A stretch of DNA of 51,358 bases. Source: a virus (Duplodnaviria; Caudoviricetes). Within the stretch, counting starts at the first letter, position 1, and each line of letters begins with the position of its first letter. A program made the translations under genes and the position numbers. Below are positions 25,941-36,180 of the stretch, one piece after another. The notes under the pieces are model-generated. The model saw only the letters and a list, made by a program, of their open reading frames with translations, was not told where the DNA came from and did no database searches. The DNA is taken from positions 1-51,358 of the IMG/VR virus record IMGVR_UViG_3300028018_000002. The stretch is one strand, 5' to 3'.

Positions 25941-26623
25941 ATGAGATCTTCGGGCCGACGTTTCAAGGCGAAGGCGTCAATCTTGGCAAGCCGTGCGTGT
26001 TCGTACGACTGGCAGGGTGCAATCTGTCGTGTGCGTGGTGTGACACGCCGTACTCGTGGGACTGGACGCGATACGATAAGGCGGCTGAGGTGCATCGGCA
26101 GACCGTGGTCGACGTGGCTGACCGTGTGCGTGAACTAGCGGGAGATAGGGTGCGGCATATGGTGGTGAGTGGTGGTGAACCGTTGCTGCAAGGACTCAGC
26201 GTATCGATGTTGGTCGACGCACTGCGGCAGGACAACTGGACAAGTGAACTGGAGACGGCTGGCACGGTGATGCCGCCAAGCAAGACGCTGGTTGACCACT
26301 TCACCGTTAGTCCGAAACTCGTGAACAGTCATCAAGCGGCACACACCGCTGATCGCCGACTGAATGCTGATGTGTTGTGTTATTTGAATACCACGCCATC
26401 GCACTGCTTCAAGTTCGTGGTGCAGCATCCTGACGACTATGACGAGATTGACGCACTGGTCGATGCCCATCACCTATCACCGGTCTACATCATGCCTGAA
26501 GGCGTGGACGGGTCGACATTGAACACGACACTCATAGCGGTCGCCGATGGTGCAGTCCAGCGGAACTACACGCTGACGACACGCTTACAGATCTTGGCTT
26601 ATGGACAACGGCGCGCAGTATGA
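25916..26623 (+). CDS. queE: 7-carboxy-7-deazaguanine synthase (radical SAM)
   Basis: EIFGPTFQGEG, FVRLAGCNLSCAWCDT, SGGEPLLQ, ETAGT, VSPK. Confidence 0.92.
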   Translation: MQSDVLRVNEIFGPTFQGEGVNLGKPCVFVRLAGCNLSCAWCDTPYSWDWTRYDKAAEVHRQTVVDVADRVRELAGDRVRHMVVSGGEPLLQGLSVSMLVDALRQDNWTSELETAGTVMPPSKTLVDHFTVSPKLVNSHQAAHTADRRLNADVLCYLNTTPSHCFKFVVQHPDDYDEIDALVDAHHLSPVYIMPEGVDGSTLNTTLIAVADGAVQRNYTLTTRLQILAYGQRRAV

Positions 26624-27158
26624 CCGTCTCGTGCGATTAGGCACAGACCTCCTGATGGCCATCGGGGAAGACCCTGACCGTGCTGGTCTACGAGAGACGC
26701 CACAACGGTTCGCTCGCTATTGGCAAGAGTTCTTAGCGTATGACGCCGGGACGGTCGACACGACCTTCACGTCTGTGGTGGTTGATCAGATGGTGGTTGT
26801 GTCAGGTATTAAGGTGTGGTCGCTCTGCGAACACCATCTGTTGCCGTTCTCGTGCGACATTGCGGTGGGATACATCACACGAGATCGGGTGATCGGGTTG
26901 TCGAAGATTCCACGCATCTGCCATAAGCACGCACACCGGTTACAACTCCAAGAACAACTCATCGACGACATTGCGACCGAGGTCATCAAGATAGCCGACT
27001 GCTTGGATGTTGCTGTCGTAGGGAAGGGATGCCACACGTGCATGACGATGCGTGGCATCAAGTCTGATGGCGTGATGACGTCATCGGTCATGCGTGGTCG
27101 GTTCAAAGAGAACCACCACACACGACTGGAGTTCTTATCGTTGGCTGGCATTGGATGA
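26601..27158 (+). CDS. folE: GTP cyclohydrolase I
   Basis: GLRETPQR, SLCEHHLLPF, GLSKIPR, RLQLQEQ, HTCMTMRGI. Confidence 0.95.
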   Translation: MDNGAQYDRLVRLGTDLLMAIGEDPDRAGLRETPQRFARYWQEFLAYDAGTVDTTFTSVVVDQMVVVSGIKVWSLCEHHLLPFSCDIAVGYITRDRVIGLSKIPRICHKHAHRLQLQEQLIDDIATEVIKIADCLDVAVVGKGCHTCMTMRGIKSDGVMTSSVMRGRFKENHHTRLEFLSLAGIG

Positions 27159-27670
27159 ACCTGTTGCTGACGAAGGACGAGATTGCTGCGACCGTCGAGA
27201 GGCTGGCACGTGCTATCTCGCACGACTATCAACACGACCCGCCGCCGGTAATGCTTGGCGTGCTCTCCGGTGCCTTCATCTTCATGGCTGACCTTCTTCG
27301 CCAGATGACGATTGACGTGGATGTGGCCTTCGTCAAGGCGTCGAGTTATGTCGGCACACAATCAAGTAGAACCGTTGATATTGACTACGCACTCGTGCGG
27401 TCGTTATCTGGTGTGCCTGTGATTCTTGTGGATGACATCCTCGACTCTGGACTCACCACGTCTGTGCTCTACGACAGACTGCAACCAGAGGCGCAGTCGA
27501 TCAGCTTGGCGTGCTTGCTGCGAAAGCCGAAGGCTGTCACACTGACTCGCACATGGCGACGTGTCTATATCGGACACGACATCCCGTCTGAGTTCGTGTA
27601 TGGCTACGGTATGGATCTTCATGACAGAGAGCGTCAGCGTGAGGCGGTGTATATGGTGAGGGACGACTGA
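27155..27670 (+). CDS. hpt: Hypoxanthine/guanine phosphoribosyltransferase
   Basis: GVLSGAFIFMADL, ASSY, ILVDDILDSGLT, FVYGYGMD. Confidence 0.9.
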   Translation: MNLLLTKDEIAATVERLARAISHDYQHDPPPVMLGVLSGAFIFMADLLRQMTIDVDVAFVKASSYVGTQSSRTVDIDYALVRSLSGVPVILVDDILDSGLTTSVLYDRLQPEAQSISLACLLRKPKAVTLTRTWRRVYIGHDIPSEFVYGYGMDLHDRERQREAVYMVRDD

Positions 27671-27679
27671 GGCGTATAA

Positions 27680-28135
27680 GTGGACATACCAAAAAAAGCC
27701 AAGCGCAAACCGGGACGACCGAAAGGCTACAAGCCGAAGGGTGTCGGCGAGTGGACACCGGTGTTCTTGGCGGCGTTGCAGCAACTGCCGAACGTGCGTG
27801 CTGCGTGTCAGAAGGCTGGTGTCTCTCGGTCTGAAGCGTATCGACTGCGTGCGGTCGACTCGATGTTTGCTGTGTCATGGCAAGAAGCGCTTCAAGACGG
27901 CATCGACGTCATTGAAGCCACACTGATGGCACGTGCGATGAAACGCGACACGGTCGCTGGTATCTTCTTGCTGAAGAACTTGCGTCCAGAGGTCTACGGC
28001 GAGAACGTGAACGTCAACGTCAGTGGGTCGTTGTCGATTGAAGAAGTCCGACAAGCCAGAGCCAGTCTCAATGCCAAGCTCACGCAGATCATCGACGTCG
28101 TCGCGCCCGGCGACCGACGACTCATCACCGAATGA
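27680..28135 (+). CDS. terS: Terminase small subunit
   Basis: GRPKG, HTH (NVRAACQKAGVSRSEAY), IFLLKNLRPEVY; position before TerL. Confidence 0.75.
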   Translation: MDIPKKAKRKPGRPKGYKPKGVGEWTPVFLAALQQLPNVRAACQKAGVSRSEAYRLRAVDSMFAVSWQEALQDGIDVIEATLMARAMKRDTVAGIFLLKNLRPEVYGENVNVNVSGSLSIEEVRQARASLNAKLTQIIDVVAPGDRRLITE

Positions 28136-29531
28136 ATCGCTGGCGGTCACAGCGGCAGCGCATCACATCGGCAAGCGTCGACTGCAAAAGCTGACACCAG
28201 CCGAAGCCGCACTGCTGCGCTATGAGTGGCGCTTTTGGGCGAGGCCGAGTCAGATTGCACCGACGGGTGATTGGGGCATCTGGTTGTTGATGACCGGTCG
28301 TGGCTTCGGCAAGACACGTGCCGGTGCACAGTGGGTCATCGAGCAAGCGCAGACACCGGGACAACGGCTGGCGATCATTGGACGTATTCCTGCTGACTGT
28401 CGTGACGTGATGGTTGGTGGTGAGTCTGGCATTCTTGCGACGTCACCGCCTGACTTCCGACCGGAGTACACACCAAGTCAACGGTCACTCAAGTGGCCGA
28501 ACGGGTCAGAAGCACGACTGTTCAGTTCTGAGAAACCGGAAGACTTGCGTGGTCCGAACTTTCACTGTGCATGGATTGACGAGTTGGCAAAGTATGACCA
28601 CGCACAAGAGACGTGGGACACACTGGTCATGGCGGTGCGTTTACCAGACAATCCACGCATCGTGGTGACGACGACACCGCGACCTATCGGCATCATCAAG
28701 CGACTGGTCGACGACCCGCACTGTCACGTCACGCATGGGTCGATCTACGACAACCGCAGCAACCTGTCCGGCAAGTTCTTTGAGCGTCTGATCAAGCGCT
28801 ATGAAGGCACGTATCTCGGTCAACAAGAACTGGAAGGCTTGTTGATCAGTGACCGTCCCGGTGCGTTGTGGTCGCGGTCGGTACTCGACAAGCATCGTGC
28901 ACCAGAAGCACCGACCGAACTCGTGCGTGTTGTTGTGGCGATTGACCCACCAGCGACCGCATCGGAAGACAGTTCAGAAGCCGGTGTCGTCGTGGTCGGG
29001 TCCACGGCTGACGGCTGTGCGTATGTCTTGGCTGATGGCAGTCGACACGGCACACCGGATGAATGGGGTCGTCAAGCAGTGCGACTCTATGACGAGTTTG
29101 AAGCCGACCAGATTGTGGGCGAGGTGAACAACGGTGGCGACATGGTTGGGTTCACTGTGAGGGAATGCGCCAAGGCGTTGCACCGTGAAGGTGAACGGTC
29201 CAGTAGCGTCGTGCCGTATGTGCCAGTGAGAGCGAGTCGCGGCAAGCTGACGCGAGCCGAACCGGTCGCGGCACTTTACTCACAAGGTCGTGTGCGGCAT
29301 GTCGGTCTGTATCCAGACCTTGAAGACGAGTTGACGTCGTGGGTGCCGGGAGAACAATCGCCTGACCGTCTCGATGCGTTGGTGTGGGGTCTGACGGCGC
29401 TGGTCATCTACGGGTCGAACGACATCGAGACATGGGGTGGTGGAGACACCAAACGAGAGTCTAGCGAACACGTGCGAGAGGTTGCACAACACGATGGCGC
29501 ATGGTTTCCGCCCAGTGCGTCACGGTGGTGA
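28071..29531 (+). CDS. terL: Terminase large subunit
   Basis: GRGFGKTRAG, LRGP, AWIDELA, VTTTPR, VAIDP, SPDRLDALVW. Exact start uncertain. Confidence 0.93.
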   Translation: MPSSRRSSTSSRPATDDSSPNESLAVTAAAHHIGKRRLQKLTPAEAALLRYEWRFWARPSQIAPTGDWGIWLLMTGRGFGKTRAGAQWVIEQAQTPGQRLAIIGRIPADCRDVMVGGESGILATSPPDFRPEYTPSQRSLKWPNGSEARLFSSEKPEDLRGPNFHCAWIDELAKYDHAQETWDTLVMAVRLPDNPRIVVTTTPRPIGIIKRLVDDPHCHVTHGSIYDNRSNLSGKFFERLIKRYEGTYLGQQELEGLLISDRPGALWSRSVLDKHRAPEAPTELVRVVVAIDPPATASEDSSEAGVVVVGSTADGCAYVLADGSRHGTPDEWGRQAVRLYDEFEADQIVGEVNNGGDMVGFTVRECAKALHREGERSSSVVPYVPVRASRGKLTRAEPVAALYSQGRVRHVGLYPDLEDELTSWVPGEQSPDRLDALVWGLTALVIYGSNDIETWGGGDTKRESSEHVREVAQHDGAWFPPSASRW

Positions 29532-29579
29532 GCCAGAACACGTCACCAGACTCGCTAGGCTGCGCTGTACGAGACGATC

Positions 29580-29786
29580 ATGCTGAACCTAACCCTAGTC
29601 ATCAACTGTGCTGCAACGACCGCACTGGCGACAGCGGTGGTCGTGATGAACGACGTGGCACTGGCTGCGATTGCGCTGGCGTACGCGTCTGGCTTGCTGA
29701 CGTCGTGGGCGAGTCTGTATCAGGTCGGTGTCACGACAGAGACACCACCATCGACTAGTGGACACGCTGCACCTGACGTGCCATAG
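29580..29786 (+). CDS. Small membrane protein
   Basis: Two hydrophobic segments; lies between TerL and portal. Confidence 0.5.
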   Translation: MLNLTLVINCAATTALATAVVVMNDVALAAIALAYASGLLTSWASLYQVGVTTETPPSTSGHAAPDVP

Positions 29787-29793
29787 TCGAACG

Positions 29794-32196
29794 ATGCAGA
29801 CCTCTCGCTCGCTTGGGACTCGTGTGTCGATTGCGGCCAAGGCGTTTGCCGGGATCTTCTCTGACGACAGCGCACGACAAGCGCACGGGATGCTTGGCGG
29901 CATCTTCTCAGGGAGCACTGGCGATCCACCGTATCGTGGCACCGCCAGCATCCTTGCGGCCTATTCGACGATGCCGTGGTTACGTGCGGTCGCACAACGA
30001 GTGGCGACATCGGTTGCCGCTTCGACGACACAGTGGCGACTCTATGCACCGACGTCAGGCCAACGTCGAGACGTGCGAACGATTCAACGGTCGGCGGACT
30101 CCAAGTCTCGTCGTGCGTTGCTTCGTAAGACCAACGAGGTTACAGAAGTCGAGAATCATATTCTTCTCGATGCGCTGAACAACGCGAACTCGTACATGGT
30201 CGGGCAGTCGCTGTTCAAGCTGACGCAACTCCATCTCGACCTTGTCGGTGAATCGTTCTGGATCAAGGAGCGCAATGCGTTCGGTGCACCGGTCGAGTTC
30301 TGGCCTGTGCCGCCTGACTGGATACAGTCGACACCAACACCGTCGAGTCGGTCGTATGAGGTGAGCTTCGGTGCATGGCAAGGCACGATTCCAGAGACAG
30401 AGGTCTTGTGGATGGCTGACCTTGACCCGGCGAACCCATACACCAGAGGCACCGGTATGGCACGGTCGCTGTCTGATGAATTAGAAACAGACGAGTATGC
30501 CGCGAAACATACACGCCAACTGTTCTTCAATCGCGCTCGACCTGACATGATCATCTGGCCGAAACAGCAAGGCGCACATGACATCGGGTTGCAGCAAGAC
30601 CAAGTGCGTCGACTGGAGGAACGTTGGCTTGATGGACATCAAGGCTTCTGGCGTGCGTTCAAACCGTTCTTTGTTGGTCGTGAGATTGCGGTGCATGAGG
30701 TCAACCAGTCATTGCAAGAACTGCAACTCGTTGAACTGCGGAAACACGAACGCGACACCATCGTCCAAGTCTTTGGCATTCCACCTGAACTGCTGGGCAT
30801 CTTGAACAACAGCAACAGAGCGACGATTGAATCGGCTGACTATCTGTTCAGCCGATGGGTCATCACACCGCGACTGGAGTTCCTACGGTCGCAACTGCAA
30901 GAACGACTCATCCCTGAATACGACGACCGACTGGTGTTGGACTTCGTGTCACCGGTCGAAGAAGACCGAGCGCACATGCTAGACGCGGCGAAGGCGGCAC
31001 CGTGGGCGATGAAGGTTGACGAGTGGCGCACGCTCCAAGGTCAAGAGACGCTCGACGACGACGCGGGTCAAGTCCACATGATGCCGATGGACCTGATGCC
31101 GGTTCGCACACCAAGCGTGCCACCCGCACCGGTCCCGGCGACCGTGGCCGGTGAGACACCACCAGAAGGTGACGTGATTGCTGACGGGTGGGATGACCAT
31201 CTGGCAGTGCTGAAAGACGCAGGTGACACCGAAGCCGTCACCGTCGTACAACGTGCACTCGCTGAAGAGGTGTCTGACTTGCCAGTCGTCTGGCAAGAAC
31301 TGGCACGACAGGAACCCGCTGTCGAGCGCATGATTCGTCGGCACATCTTCGACCTCAGTGACCGTGTCAGTGCTGATCAACTGGCGCACGTCACGACTGG
31401 TGTCGAGGTCGAACAGTTGGTGCATCTCGACGAGTGGTTAGACGAGATGAACGCACTGATGCAGCCTCACTGGTTGCGTGCATGGTGGACCGGTGCTGAA
31501 CACAGCGCTGATGATCTTGGCATTCCTATTGAGCGTTCAAGTCATAGCACGACCAAACAAGACGCGGTGCCACAGATTGCACCGATCTCGACAGCGTTCG
31601 ACTTCAATGCGTTGAACCCTGCGGCGATCAACTGGGCAAAGATTCACGGTGCCACGTGGGTGCAACAGGTCGGTGACGACACCAAGGCAGCCATTCGTCT
31701 CTCGGTGTCTGACGCCACGGCACTCGGCTTGGGTGTCGAAGCCGAAGCACGTGAACTGCTGAAGCTCCAGATAGGATTGACCAAACAACAACGCACGTCC
31801 ATCTGGCACTATCGTCAACGTCTGATGTCGACGATGCCACACCTGTCGCCAGCGCAACGTCTGTCACGCATCAAGCGCTATCGAGACGCGAAGGTACGTC
31901 TGCGTGCCATGACTATCGCTCGCACCGAGTTGTCCTTCGCTCAGTCTGGTGGTCAAGAAGAGATCTGGTCGGAAGGTGTTAAGCAGGGTGTGCTTGATCC
32001 CGGTGCATTGAGTCGGAAGTGGCTCGCTACTGTTGATCTTCGTATCTGTTCAATCTGTCGCGGTCTGAGCAAAATTGCGCCGATCCCGTTTGAGAAGTCG
32101 TTTACCTATGGCACGTTTGTCGGGAACAAAGCACCAGCGCATCCGAACTGTCGGTGCACCGTGGCGCTCGTTCGCAAGAAGAAACCGAAAGCCTGA
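29794..32196 (+). CDS. HK97-type portal protein fused to a Mu gpF/SPP1 gp7-like minor head domain
   Basis: Portal motifs (LDLVGESFW, FFNRARP, VFGIPPELLG) in the first ~450 aa. C-terminal RAMTIARTE...KWLAT.D.RICSIC...PAHPNCRC. Confidence 0.88.
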   Translation: MQTSRSLGTRVSIAAKAFAGIFSDDSARQAHGMLGGIFSGSTGDPPYRGTASILAAYSTMPWLRAVAQRVATSVAASTTQWRLYAPTSGQRRDVRTIQRSADSKSRRALLRKTNEVTEVENHILLDALNNANSYMVGQSLFKLTQLHLDLVGESFWIKERNAFGAPVEFWPVPPDWIQSTPTPSSRSYEVSFGAWQGTIPETEVLWMADLDPANPYTRGTGMARSLSDELETDEYAAKHTRQLFFNRARPDMIIWPKQQGAHDIGLQQDQVRRLEERWLDGHQGFWRAFKPFFVGREIAVHEVNQSLQELQLVELRKHERDTIVQVFGIPPELLGILNNSNRATIESADYLFSRWVITPRLEFLRSQLQERLIPEYDDRLVLDFVSPVEEDRAHMLDAAKAAPWAMKVDEWRTLQGQETLDDDAGQVHMMPMDLMPVRTPSVPPAPVPATVAGETPPEGDVIADGWDDHLAVLKDAGDTEAVTVVQRALAEEVSDLPVVWQELARQEPAVERMIRRHIFDLSDRVSADQLAHVTTGVEVEQLVHLDEWLDEMNALMQPHWLRAWWTGAEHSADDLGIPIERSSHSTTKQDAVPQIAPISTAFDFNALNPAAINWAKIHGATWVQQVGDDTKAAIRLSVSDATALGLGVEAEARELLKLQIGLTKQQRTSIWHYRQRLMSTMPHLSPAQRLSRIKRYRDAKVRLRAMTIARTELSFAQSGGQEEIWSEGVKQGVLDPGALSRKWLATVDLRICSICRGLSKIAPIPFEKSFTYGTFVGNKAPAHPNCRCTVALVRKKKPKA

Positions 32197-32218
32197 CCCG
32201 CACACAAGGAGGACGTCG

Positions 32219-32476
32219 ATGGCATGGATCACACTGGGCATGAAGTTGTTGCCGTATATCGTCGAGGCGGTGCACTGGGTCGAGAAGTTCATCACGACCA
32301 AAGGCAAATATAAGCAGGACGCCGCCGTCTATCTGGTGAAGAGCGTGCTTGGTATCGCTGAAGCGGGAACGGCGAAAGACCTGTTGGATGACGATGAGGT
32401 CGAGGCCGCGACTCGTAAGGTGATTGACGCCGTGGTGAGTCTCCAAAACATCGTGGCAAAGAAGCACGGTGAGTAA
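32219..32476 (+). CDS. Hypothetical protein (possibly holin-like)
   Basis: AAGGAGG RBS; amphipathic N-terminus. Confidence 0.65.
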   Translation: MAWITLGMKLLPYIVEAVHWVEKFITTKGKYKQDAAVYLVKSVLGIAEAGTAKDLLDDDEVEAATRKVIDAVVSLQNIVAKKHGE

Positions 32477-33146
32477 GCCGGTCAGACCGTTCACGCTCAG
32501 TCCACACAACGTCGTCAGCGTCATCGTTGATGGTCGTGTTGTCGTGACACCACCACGACGTCGCGTGGTCATCACTGGTGCTGGCAAGTCACTGCGACAG
32601 ATACCGTGGACCGATGAGACGTGGGAGATCTGGGGCATTAACAATTTCTGGAACGCGATGCGCGACAACGACGGTCGGTTGCGTGCCGACCGGTGGTTTG
32701 AACTGCATCCACCGACAACAGACATTCAAGACCCACACGATATGGAATGGTTGCGAACGTGTCCGGTGCCGATCTATACGACCGAACCGTTCAACGAGAA
32801 CCAGAACGCGGTGGTGTTTCCAGTTGACGATCTGGCCGCACAGTTCCGCGACTACTTCTCCTGTACGTTTGCGTATCAGATTGCGTTCGCACTGGCCGAA
32901 GGGTTCACCGAGATTGCTGTGCACGGTCTTGAGTTGGCGTACGGCACACAACGCGAAGCGACCGTCGAACGGTCGTGTGTCGATTGGTGGTTAGGCTTTG
33001 CTGAAGGGCGCGGTGTGACGGTCACGATTCCTGATGGCGACCACGTCGTGCGGCACTGGTCGCGCTACGGCTTCGACTACTGGAAGGAAGCCAAGGTCGT
33101 TGAAGACTATGTCGGGTCGTTGATCGGTCGAAAGGTTGCCGAGTAG
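32469..33146 (+). CDS. Maf/GT42 (sialyltransferase)-like glycosyltransferase, paralogue 1
   Basis: VVITGAGKS...EIWGINN...RWFELH...YFSCTFAYQIAFALAEGFTEIAVHGLEL. Confidence 0.55.
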   Translation: MSKPVRPFTLSPHNVVSVIVDGRVVVTPPRRRVVITGAGKSLRQIPWTDETWEIWGINNFWNAMRDNDGRLRADRWFELHPPTTDIQDPHDMEWLRTCPVPIYTTEPFNENQNAVVFPVDDLAAQFRDYFSCTFAYQIAFALAEGFTEIAVHGLELAYGTQREATVERSCVDWWLGFAEGRGVTVTIPDGDHVVRHWSRYGFDYWKEAKVVEDYVGSLIGRKVAE

Positions 33147-33263
33147 TGGTGGACATTGCGTGCTGAACCTGTCATGGTGCAGATGGGTCGGTGTGGTGGT
33201 GGAGTTCGGGACAGCGCAGCGTCCTCCGGTTGCGCTTGTCCCGGCTTCCCAACAAGAGACGTT

Positions 33264-34853
33264 ATGACTGAGCCAGACTTCGTGAAATCCGTGACAGACC
33301 TCGGCGACTGGCGACAGCAAGCCGCGAACGGGACGGCGTCTCAGGACACCGTGCTTCGCAAGCAGTTCATCAGCGACGTCGAAGTACAAGATGACCGGTC
33401 GGTCAAGTTCGTCATCACAACTGGCGAAGCCGACCGCGAGAAGGACGTCATTGATCCAAACGGCTGGGAGGTCACGAACTATCTCAAGAATCCTGTCGTG
33501 TTGTTTGCACACGACTATGACTCATTGCCAGTGGCACGCACCGTCAGCCTGAAGCAACAGGACGACAAGTTGATCGCCGTGGCTGAGTTCGCCAGTGCCG
33601 AACTGAACCCGATGGCCGAGCGTGTCTTCCAGATGCTGAAGCAAGGATTCTTGCGTGGCGCATCTGTTGGGTTCAGGCCTGTCGCGTTCACGTTCAACGA
33701 TGCACGTGGTGGTGTCGACTTTGCGAAACAGGAACTCCTTGAGTTCTCGATTGTCCCGATACCTGCTAACGCGCAAGCGTTGATGGCAGCGGGCCTGAGC
33801 GATGACGACACGACGTTGCTGACAGACTGGGCGAAGGATGTGCTGACGCGGTTTCATCCTGCTGTACTGCAAACTAAACAACCAGACAGCGAGCAACTCA
33901 ACGACTTTCTTGATGTCGTGCGGAAGATGATGAACAACATCAAGGTGGCGGTGAAAGAAACGATCAGAAACGTCGACGAGTTTCAGAACACCGGTGCGTA
34001 TGGCGACGAGGATGACGAAGAGGCGGGCATCGAGTTGATGTCGGCAGCGCCTCACATCGCCAGAGGCATCTCGCCACGCAACGTCTCCGAAGAGACAGCA
34101 CCGATGAACGAGTCGTGGAGTCGTCCGACACTCGGTGACTTCTCCGATGAACTCTGGGAAGACCTGTCGGCCAGTGAACGACGCAAGATTGCGGGACACT
34201 TTGCATGGGCGACCGCTGCCGTACCTGACACGTTCGGCGATATGAAGCTGCCGCACCATCGCGCCAGTGATGGGTATGTTGTCTGGCGTGGCGTGGTCGC
34301 TGCGGCTGGTCGTCTTGACCAGACGTCGTTTCCGTCTGACGACATGGCTGCTGTCAAGCGGCACCTTGCCAGCCACTTCAAAGAGTTTGATCGCACGGCA
34401 CCGTGGGAGCGTGATGCGGCAAGTTGGTCAGCGTTCGTGAAGGCGAGACAGAAACGAGAACGCAAGACCTCATCGCCATTGCACGACGACGAACTGGCCG
34501 CACTGTTGGATGACTACGGCTTCGACGATGAAGCGATTGCGCTGGTCACAACAACACCGGCGAAGACCATCGGTGGCGATGGGTATCAGCAGACCATTCT
34601 CGACACGCTTGAGCGCATCGAGACGGGATTGACTGACCGTGTGTCGGTGTTGGAAGAGGACGTGGTTGTGCTGGAACTCGATGACGAGGATGTGCGTCAC
34701 GAGGAGAAGTCAACTAACGACGAATTGTTAGTTGATGTGGACCCAACCGTGCTGACGGACGCACTACAAGCAGCGGTGCGTGAATCAGTCGGAACGGTCG
34801 TGGGCGCGGAGATGCGGTCTGCGATCAACGCCATGCGTGGTCGTCTCGACTAG
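33264..34853 (+). CDS. HK97-family prohead protease with long C-terminal extension
   Basis: DREKDVI, KNPVVLFAHD, GASVGF, LLEFSIVPIPAN. Confidence 0.9.
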   Translation: MTEPDFVKSVTDLGDWRQQAANGTASQDTVLRKQFISDVEVQDDRSVKFVITTGEADREKDVIDPNGWEVTNYLKNPVVLFAHDYDSLPVARTVSLKQQDDKLIAVAEFASAELNPMAERVFQMLKQGFLRGASVGFRPVAFTFNDARGGVDFAKQELLEFSIVPIPANAQALMAAGLSDDDTTLLTDWAKDVLTRFHPAVLQTKQPDSEQLNDFLDVVRKMMNNIKVAVKETIRNVDEFQNTGAYGDEDDEEAGIELMSAAPHIARGISPRNVSEETAPMNESWSRPTLGDFSDELWEDLSASERRKIAGHFAWATAAVPDTFGDMKLPHHRASDGYVVWRGVVAAAGRLDQTSFPSDDMAAVKRHLASHFKEFDRTAPWERDAASWSAFVKARQKRERKTSSPLHDDELAALLDDYGFDDEAIALVTTTPAKTIGGDGYQQTILDTLERIETGLTDRVSVLEEDVVVLELDDEDVRHEEKSTNDELLVDVDPTVLTDALQAAVRESVGTVVGAEMRSAINAMRGRLD

Positions 34854-34868
34854 TAGGGAGAACAACTC

Positions 34869-36134
34869 ATGAGCAAAGGGATGACGAGAGAACAACTCGC
34901 AGACTTCGTCAAGGAGACATCTGTTCCGCTGATCAAGGATCAGCTTGGCAGCGAACTGGCACGGGTCGTGCGGGAGAATGTAGAAAAGATTGCCTCGGAC
35001 CCGAACGGTCCGTGGGCGAACAAGTGGTCTGACCGCTTGGTCGAACCGAAGGCGTCAACACCATCACGCGAGAAGGGTGCGGCGTTTGGTCGCGTCGTTC
35101 GTGCGATGGCCGCAGCCAAGATGAACAAGATGGGGTCGGAAGGCACCGTCGAGGTTCTGCGTGGGTGGGGTGATAACGATCTGGCTGATGCGTTGGCTGA
35201 TACGAGAACCAAAGCGCTCGCCGCTGGTGATGCGACTGCTGGTGGATTTCTTGTGCCGACACAGTTCAGCAACGAGGTCATCGAACTACTGCGTGCCCAG
35301 TCAGTGGTTCGACGGCTTGGTGCCAGAACGGTACAAATGCCAACCGGCACACTGAAGTATCCGAAGATCGCCACTGGCGCATCGGCGGCCTACATCGGTG
35401 AGAACGTCAACATCGGAAAGAGTGAGGAGACGTTTGGTCAACTCACACTGACGTTCAAGAAGTTGGCGGTGCTGACACCTATCAGCAACGACCTGCTGCG
35501 CTACAGCAGTCCATCGGCTGATGCGATTGTGCGAGACGACCTCGTGTCGTCAATGGCGACCAAGGAGGACTCGACGTTCATCCGTGGTGCTGGTACTGAC
35601 GCGACACCGAAGGGCTTGCTGAACTGGTGTGTCGCTGACCAGAAGATTGCCGCGTCGGCTGCATCGCTGGCGAACATCACTGACAATCTTGGTCAGTTGG
35701 TGGTCAAACTGAAGAACGCGGACATCCCGATGATTTCACCGGGATGGATCATGGCACCAAGAACAGAACAAAGCCTTGCCACCATTCAGAACGCCAACGG
35801 TGTGTTCGCGTTCCGTGACGAGGTTATCGCTGGCACGTTGTGGGGCTGGCCGATTGGCACCACGACCAACGTGCCGATCACGCTCGACACGACTGGCGCA
35901 GGGAACGATGACGAGTCGGAAATTTATCTCGTTGATTTCGCGCAAGTGTTGATTGGTGAGTCGCAGAGCCTGTTGGTGGATTCATCGCAGGAGGCGGCGT
36001 ATCACGATGGGTCGAACGTCCAAGCGGCGTTCTCACTGGATCAGACTGTCGTGCGAGCGATAGCCGAGCATGACCTTGGCATGAGACATGATAAGGGCGT
36101 GGCGATGCTGACGGGCGTAACGTGGTCGCCGTAG
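34869..36134 (+). CDS. Major capsid protein (HK97 fold)
   Basis: GGFLVP, IELLR, YIGE, KKLAVLTPISNDLL, GTLWGWP, DQTVVRA. Confidence 0.93.
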   Translation: MSKGMTREQLADFVKETSVPLIKDQLGSELARVVRENVEKIASDPNGPWANKWSDRLVEPKASTPSREKGAAFGRVVRAMAAAKMNKMGSEGTVEVLRGWGDNDLADALADTRTKALAAGDATAGGFLVPTQFSNEVIELLRAQSVVRRLGARTVQMPTGTLKYPKIATGASAAYIGENVNIGKSEETFGQLTLTFKKLAVLTPISNDLLRYSSPSADAIVRDDLVSSMATKEDSTFIRGAGTDATPKGLLNWCVADQKIAASAASLANITDNLGQLVVKLKNADIPMISPGWIMAPRTEQSLATIQNANGVFAFRDEVIAGTLWGWPIGTTTNVPITLDTTGAGNDDESEIYLVDFAQVLIGESQSLLVDSSQEAAYHDGSNVQAAFSLDQTVVRAIAEHDLGMRHDKGVAMLTGVTWSP

Positions 36135-36180
36135 GATACTGCGTGAGGTTTGATCTTTCACTGACGCGAGGATAACTAAC

